Shown: positions 52,921 through 57,931 of the stretch, piece by piece | Layout: the number at the start of each line of letters is the position of its first letter | How positions within the stretch are numbered: position 1 is the first letter of the stretch | Virus record (IMG/VR): IMGVR_UViG_3300027763_000069 | Location: 1-57,931 of that record | Strand: one strand, 5' to 3' | Origin: a virus | Taxonomy: Duplodnaviria > Caudoviricetes | DNA: 57,931 nt | Translations under genes and position numbers: made by a program | Notes under the pieces: model-generated | The model's database searches: none | What the model was told of the DNA's origin: nothing | What the model saw: only the letters and a program-made list of their open reading frames with translations

Positions 52921-55900
52921 ATGGCAACAACAATTGCAGGGCTAACGCCGGCTAACTATGAAAAGTATAGAGCTCAACGCCTTTATGATGAAAGTCGCGG
53001 AAACTATACTGTTGTAAATCAATTTGGTTATGCTGGCGGTTATCAGATGGGCGCACAAGCATTAGAAACTGTTGGTCTCTTAAAACCTGGCGCAAGTAAA
53101 TTAGGCAATGCCGCACTAAACGATCCCAAAAATTGGGTAGGCGCCGGTGGCCAGCCAAAAAGCATACAAGAATTTTTATATAATTCTGCCGCACAAGACA
53201 AAGCATACGAAAAGTACACAGCGGTCAATGCTAGAACATTAGAAACTGTAAAAACTCCAGAAGGCACTTATAGACTTACAGCTGATACTCCGCAAGAACA
53301 ACGAGCAGGTTGGCTAGCCGCTTCTTCTTTATCGGGCGCTGGAGCAATTGCTAAAGACGGATTGAACGCCAAGGCCGACGGGAACGGAGTATCTCCTAAG
53401 ACTCCATTCATCGCCGCACAAAAAGCAGTTAGCGGTGCAACAGGCGTACCGACTACAACTGCTACCGCAGGCGGTCAAGTTCCTGCAAATACCACCACTA
53501 CCACACCAGATCAAAGCGCAGCCGAAACACAAAGATTAAACGCCGCCGCAGCCGCAGCCGCTATTGATAGAGGCTCAGAAATATCTGCCGAAAGCGTAGC
53601 AAATTTACCTACAACACTTGACCTTTCTTCTAACGCTGGCGGCGGCCAAGAAAAAATTACATTGCCAATTGTTAATCCTCTAGAAAAATTTGTCTCAAGT
53701 AATTATTTGTTTACCTTGAGTAGTTTGTCTGCAGATGCTGTTAACTTTCCTGACGAGAGTTATAGAAAAGGTCTAGTTGGTAAAATTATTTTAAGCAGTG
53801 GCGGCAGGTTTTCAGAGTCGAGAGTATCAACAGCTTATCAACCACGAGATAATCCTTCCGGAAAATATGATTATTTTATCGACAATGTAGAAATGTATTG
53901 TCAAATTACACCGTCGTCGTCAACAAAAGGAACTAACGTAATTACTTTAGATTTTGAAGTAACGGAACCCTACAGCATGGGGCAGTTTTTACAAAGCTGT
54001 CAAATTGCCGCAGTACAAAATGGTCACACAGATTATACACAGGCTCCTTATCTATTAAGTTTAGAATTTAAAGGGTACACTGATGACAATAAATCTAAAA
54101 CAGTGTCGGTTAGATATTTTCCAATTAGGATGTATAGTATCAATATGACTATTACATCTGCAGGATGCAAGTATCAAGTAAAGTCACAAGCATGGAACGA
54201 ACTAGCATTAAACGACAATTATAATTTTTTAAAATCTGACTTTGCAATAACCGGAGCAACAGTTGTTGAAATGCTACAAAGCGGTACTACTAGTTTGCAA
54301 CATCTAATGACTAGTAGATTATTAGAAACGTCAAAGACGGATGAAAAAAAGCCTTATCTGCCCGACGAAATTGCTATTGTGTTTCCTACAGAATTACAAA
54401 CGATTGCCCCGCAAGAAGCGCCTGATAATGGAGCAACAATAAAAGAAGGCACCGTCGGCGGCGGCAATGTATTGTCTCGAGTTAAATTAACACGAAGTGA
54501 TAAGACTAAGATCTTAATACAAGCAGAAAACGAAGTTAGCACATTAGGCAAAGCCAGCATGAATTTTTCTCTAGCACAAGGCGGCCTTGACGCTAAAAAA
54601 CCAGACGATCCCAATGCTAACGATAAAAATATCACAGTGGCTGCGCTGACAAATAAAAAATTTCCACGTAATGCTTATCAAGTAGATAAAGATAAAAAAG
54701 AATTTGTATTTAGAAAAGGTACTAGTATTATCAATGCAATTACAGAAGTAATGTTAATGAGCGATTATTGTACCGGAGCAGTGACTAAGACTCCTAAAGA
54801 TGGCTTTTATGATTGGTTTAGGATTGAAACTCAAGCCTATATAATAAATGCCAATAAACAAAATGAAAATGTGGGTGTTAATCCTAAACTACTAGTGTTT
54901 AGAGTAGTGCCATATAAGATTCATCAATCGTTATTTGCAACGCCTAACATTACAGCTAGTGGTTATCAACAACTTGTTGATGAGGCAGTTAAGGAATATA
55001 ATTACATATACACCGGAAAAAATGTTGATGTGTTAGATTTTAAATTAACCCTAAACAATAATTTTGGTGTACCGTTACTGGCAGAAGGCCTGGGAGCCGC
55101 CGCAGGCGAAGCATTAATGTCTCGTTTAGGACAAGCAGGGGTTGCTCCGTCAGACAGCTTACTGCCTTATGTTCCTTCAATTAACGGCAATGCCAACTCT
55201 GGCGGCGACGTAGCGACCGGAACTGCTATAGGTCTAGCTAAAGTTGACAGATGGAAAAGCAGTGACGGCGGCGGTGATGCTGATACGTACAAGACCCTTG
55301 TGGCAAAGCAATTCCAAGCACGTATATTAAATTTAGGAACTGAAAAAGTTCAAGCAGATATGACTATTTTAGGAGATCCGTATTATTTGGCAGATAGCGG
55401 ACTAGGAAATTTTACTAATACTAATTCAACTAGTAGAATAAATTTAACAGCTACCGGTGCAATGGATTATCAGTCAAGCGAAGTAGATATATTAATTAAT
55501 TTTCGTACACCTGTTGATTTAAACTCAAGGGGGAGCTTAACATTTCCAGACGAGATTAAAACACAGTTAGAAATACCCTTTAGTGGATTATATAAAGTAA
55601 TCACTGTAAAGAGTAGTTTTGTTAAGGGAAAGTTTACACAGGTATTAAATTTAGCACGTAGATCAAATCAAAATCCTCCAGGTCTAACAGCACTTGATCG
55701 ATCTGAGAATTCTAACGAAGGTGATATATCTACAGACAGTTTAGGCAATGTATTTAGAACAGACGCCAACGGCAATGCAGTATTTTATCGCGCAGCCGAT
55801 GTTGAAGAACGAGATCGAGGAGCTCAAGTAACTCCAGGAGACCAAGAAAAAACTAATGACGTTGACATTGTTGTTGCATCCGGCGAAACTGTGGTTGCTT

Positions 55901-55959
55901 TTGCAGAAAGTAAAGACGGTTACTCCAGAGCTTCTTCGGAGACCTCAGATCAGGCATAA
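52921..55959 (+). CDS. Baseplate hub protein (gp27-like position) with N-terminal lysozyme-like domain
   Basis: N-terminal ES.GNY..VN..GY.G.YQMG; C-terminal MTILGDPYY and FSGLYKV..V.S.F..GKFTQ.L typical of hub proteins; lies between gp53 and gp5. Confidence 0.7.
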   Translation: MATTIAGLTPANYEKYRAQRLYDESRGNYTVVNQFGYAGGYQMGAQALETVGLLKPGASKLGNAALNDPKNWVGAGGQPKSIQEFLYNSAAQDKAYEKYTAVNARTLETVKTPEGTYRLTADTPQEQRAGWLAASSLSGAGAIAKDGLNAKADGNGVSPKTPFIAAQKAVSGATGVPTTTATAGGQVPANTTTTTPDQSAAETQRLNAAAAAAAIDRGSEISAESVANLPTTLDLSSNAGGGQEKITLPIVNPLEKFVSSNYLFTLSSLSADAVNFPDESYRKGLVGKIILSSGGRFSESRVSTAYQPRDNPSGKYDYFIDNVEMYCQITPSSSTKGTNVITLDFEVTEPYSMGQFLQSCQIAAVQNGHTDYTQAPYLLSLEFKGYTDDNKSKTVSVRYFPIRMYSINMTITSAGCKYQVKSQAWNELALNDNYNFLKSDFAITGATVVEMLQSGTTSLQHLMTSRLLETSKTDEKKPYLPDEIAIVFPTELQTIAPQEAPDNGATIKEGTVGGGNVLSRVKLTRSDKTKILIQAENEVSTLGKASMNFSLAQGGLDAKKPDDPNANDKNITVAALTNKKFPRNAYQVDKDKKEFVFRKGTSIINAITEVMLMSDYCTGAVTKTPKDGFYDWFRIETQAYIINANKQNENVGVNPKLLVFRVVPYKIHQSLFATPNITASGYQQLVDEAVKEYNYIYTGKNVDVLDFKLTLNNNFGVPLLAEGLGAAAGEALMSRLGQAGVAPSDSLLPYVPSINGNANSGGDVATGTAIGLAKVDRWKSSDGGGDADTYKTLVAKQFQARILNLGTEKVQADMTILGDPYYLADSGLGNFTNTNSTSRINLTATGAMDYQSSEVDILINFRTPVDLNSRGSLTFPDEIKTQLEIPFSGLYKVITVKSSFVKGKFTQVLNLARRSNQNPPGLTALDRSENSNEGDISTDSLGNVFRTDANGNAVFYRAADVEERDRGAQVTPGDQEKTNDVDIVVASGETVVAFAESKDGYSRASSETSDQA

Positions 55960-55962
55960 TTT

Positions 55963-57543
55963 ATGATAAACGATACACTTCCAGAAGATTCAAGATCAGA
56001 AGAACGGTACTTTGATTACCCGGGCCCATATATGGCTCGAGTAGTCAGTCACATCGATGCAAAGTACATGGGTTCATTGCAAGTTGAATTAATTAACGAT
56101 GTTGGTAGAGATGAACCTGGTATTACAGGATCAGTAATTACAGTTAGATATCTAAGTCCATTCGCAGGACAAACTAGTATTACTTTTACAAATGCTGAAC
56201 CTAACGACTACGACAGCACACAAAAAGCCTACGGCATGTGGATGGTTCCGCCTGATGTAGGCACTATTGTAATGGTTATGTTTGCCTATGGTAATGCGGC
56301 AAAAGGCTATTGGATTGGTTGTGCTCCTGACGAGTATGTAAATTTTATGGTGCCTGGAATGGCAGCAACGTCTACCACTACAGAAGCAGGTAGTGACGAA
56401 AGAAAAGTTGTAGCTGAATACAATAAGAGGGCTAGTAGTGCTGCCGCACAATCACAACCTGATATAACACAATTACCAAAACCAATACATCCGTTTCATA
56501 AAATATTAACAACGCAGGGGCTAAACAAAGATGATACTAGGGGCATAACTTCTAGTAGTGCTAGGCGAGAATTACCGAGTACTGTATTTGGCATTAGCAC
56601 TCCTGGCCCAGTTGATAGAAAACCTAATGCTCCTACTGGCCAAATAGGTAAAAAAGAAAGCAGGATGAGTGCATTTGTCAGTCGACTAGGCGGAACCACA
56701 TTTGTTATGGATGACGGAGACGAAAGTTTTATTCGTAAAACTCCTGCAAGCGAAGGCCCTCCAGAATATGTCAGCGTAGAAAACGGAGAGTCTGGCGGTC
56801 AGCCAGATATTCCACACAACGAACTTGTACGTATTCGTACTCGCACAGGGCATCAAATTCTTTTACACAATAGTGAAGACTTAATTTATATTGGCAATGC
56901 CGCAGGCACTACATGGATAGAATTAACCAGCATGGGCAAGATAGATATCTATGCACAAGACTCCGTTAGTATTCATACAGAAAAAGATATAAACATCAAG
57001 GCCGACCAAGACATTAATATGGATGCTGGCAGAAATGTTAACATTCGGTCCGGAGCAAAACACAATGTTGAAGTTGGTTCTGCACACAGCTTAATAGTTG
57101 GCACTGACCAAAAAATATCTGTTGTGGGCACAAAACATGAAAGTATTGGAGCCAATAGAAATACCAGTGTTACAGGTGCAAGTAGCGAAGCTATTGGGCA
57201 AGCATTTAATTTACAAACTGGGTCAAATGTAAAAATAACTTCAGGAGCAGATATTGCATTGCTGTCCTCGGGAGGAAATAAGTTTACCTCTGGAACAGCA
57301 ACGTCTATTAATGCCGCATCGAATATTAATCTTACCAGCGGAGCAAAAATTAATCTAAACGGACCATTAGCTGAAGCCGCAACTGCCGCATCTATAACAA
57401 ACGCAGTACAACCGGATGCCTTGGCCATTGTAGTAGCAAGAACACCTATGCATGAACCTTGGGACGGCCACGAAAATTTACATGGTCAAGACCCAACGAA
57501 GTATACTACTTCAACTGATACATTTAGGAAAATTAGCAAATAA
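55963..57543 (+). CDS. gp5: Baseplate central spike (gp5-like OB fold plus beta-helix, no lysozyme domain)
   Basis: ARVV...D...G.LQV, GMWMVPPDVG..V.V.F..G....GYWIG OB fold; RTRTGHQI, beta-helix repeats, I.LNG and P.HEPW..H C-terminus. Confidence 0.8.
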   Translation: MINDTLPEDSRSEERYFDYPGPYMARVVSHIDAKYMGSLQVELINDVGRDEPGITGSVITVRYLSPFAGQTSITFTNAEPNDYDSTQKAYGMWMVPPDVGTIVMVMFAYGNAAKGYWIGCAPDEYVNFMVPGMAATSTTTEAGSDERKVVAEYNKRASSAAAQSQPDITQLPKPIHPFHKILTTQGLNKDDTRGITSSSARRELPSTVFGISTPGPVDRKPNAPTGQIGKKESRMSAFVSRLGGTTFVMDDGDESFIRKTPASEGPPEYVSVENGESGGQPDIPHNELVRIRTRTGHQILLHNSEDLIYIGNAAGTTWIELTSMGKIDIYAQDSVSIHTEKDINIKADQDINMDAGRNVNIRSGAKHNVEVGSAHSLIVGTDQKISVVGTKHESIGANRNTSVTGASSEAIGQAFNLQTGSNVKITSGADIALLSSGGNKFTSGTATSINAASNINLTSGAKINLNGPLAEAATAASITNAVQPDALAIVVARTPMHEPWDGHENLHGQDPTKYTTSTDTFRKISK

Positions 57544-57546
57544 ATA
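57540..57546 (+). promoter_or_regulatory. Late promoter (ATAAATA) 5 nt upstream of the gp25 ATG
   Basis: ATAAATA-CTACT-ATG overlapping the gp5 stop codon; no SD. Confidence 0.65.
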
Positions 57547-57551
57547 CTACT

Positions 57552-57931
57552 ATGAGCATAGAAAAATCACTATACACTAGAACAGTTGTTCCTGAAGTTA
57601 CAAAAACTACTGCACCACCTTTAAGCAAAACTTACAGGGGACTTAGCACGGTAGGCAATCCAACCGGCGGCTTTGCTCTATACGATCTAGCATTAATTAA
57701 GCAAGATATTGTCAATCACTTTCACATTCGTTACGGCGAGCGCCTTGAAAACCCAGATTTTGGTACTATTATCTGGGACCTGTTATTTGATCCCCTAACT
57801 GAAGAAGTTAAAAGTCTTATAGTAGAAAATGTATCCACTATTATTAACCATGATCCTCGTGTTAGAGTTCAAAATGTCATAGTAAGTGAATATGAAAGCG
57901 GCATACAAATAGAGTGCGAGCTGACCTATTT
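57552..57931 (+). CDS. gp25: Baseplate wedge subunit (gp25-like), runs off the right edge
   Basis: Not in ORF track; manual translation MSIEKSLY...D..LIKQDI.NHF..R.GERL.NP.FGT.IWD.LFDP...I...DPRV. Confidence 0.9.
   Translation, partial: MSIEKSLYTRTVVPEVTKTTAPPLSKTYRGLSTVGNPTGGFALYDLALIKQDIVNHFHIRYGERLENPDFGTIIWDLLFDPLTEEVKSLIVENVSTIINHDPRVRVQNVIVSEYESGIQIECELTY

Noticed and set aside
1-57931. Stop-codon reassignment or tRNA genes
   Set aside because: Genes up to 10 kb are intact in the standard code, and TAA, TAG and TGA all end credible genes; no cloverleaf with a T-loop motif was seen in the few gaps.

Overview
A 57.9 kb segment of a large T4-like (contractile-tail) bacteriophage genome, standard genetic code, densely coding. 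1-35.1 kb (minus strand) is a fibre/adhesin region with two paralogous giant proteins (3357 and 3185 aa) and several mosaic fibre-like proteins. 35.7-41.5 kb is the head module (gp23, gp22, gp21, core-like protein, gp20 portal). It is followed by a tape-measure-like gene divergent from a gp26/gp51-like chaperone pair, a ~500 bp non-coding region, a GIY-YIG nuclease, gp46, gp47 and the gp55 late sigma factor. The plus-strand baseplate module (tube initiator, gp53, hub, gp5, gp25) closes the window. T4-type late promoters (core TAAATA) precede most structural genes, and sigma70 promoters drive gp55/47/46. Most notable: (1) a ~360 nt, apparently pseudoknotted minus-strand ncRNA candidate starting at the stop codon of a stand-alone GIY-YIG nuclease and followed by GNA-loop DNA hairpins (nuclease-RNA system or RNA-primed origin); (2) a T TTT TTC -1 slippery site that fuses the gp26-like and gp51-like ORFs, as in lambda G/GT; (3) phycobiliprotein-like helical repeats inside the giant fibre proteins; (4) structured 5' leaders and leaderless late genes. 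All assignments come from motif reading by eye; no searches or folding programs were run.
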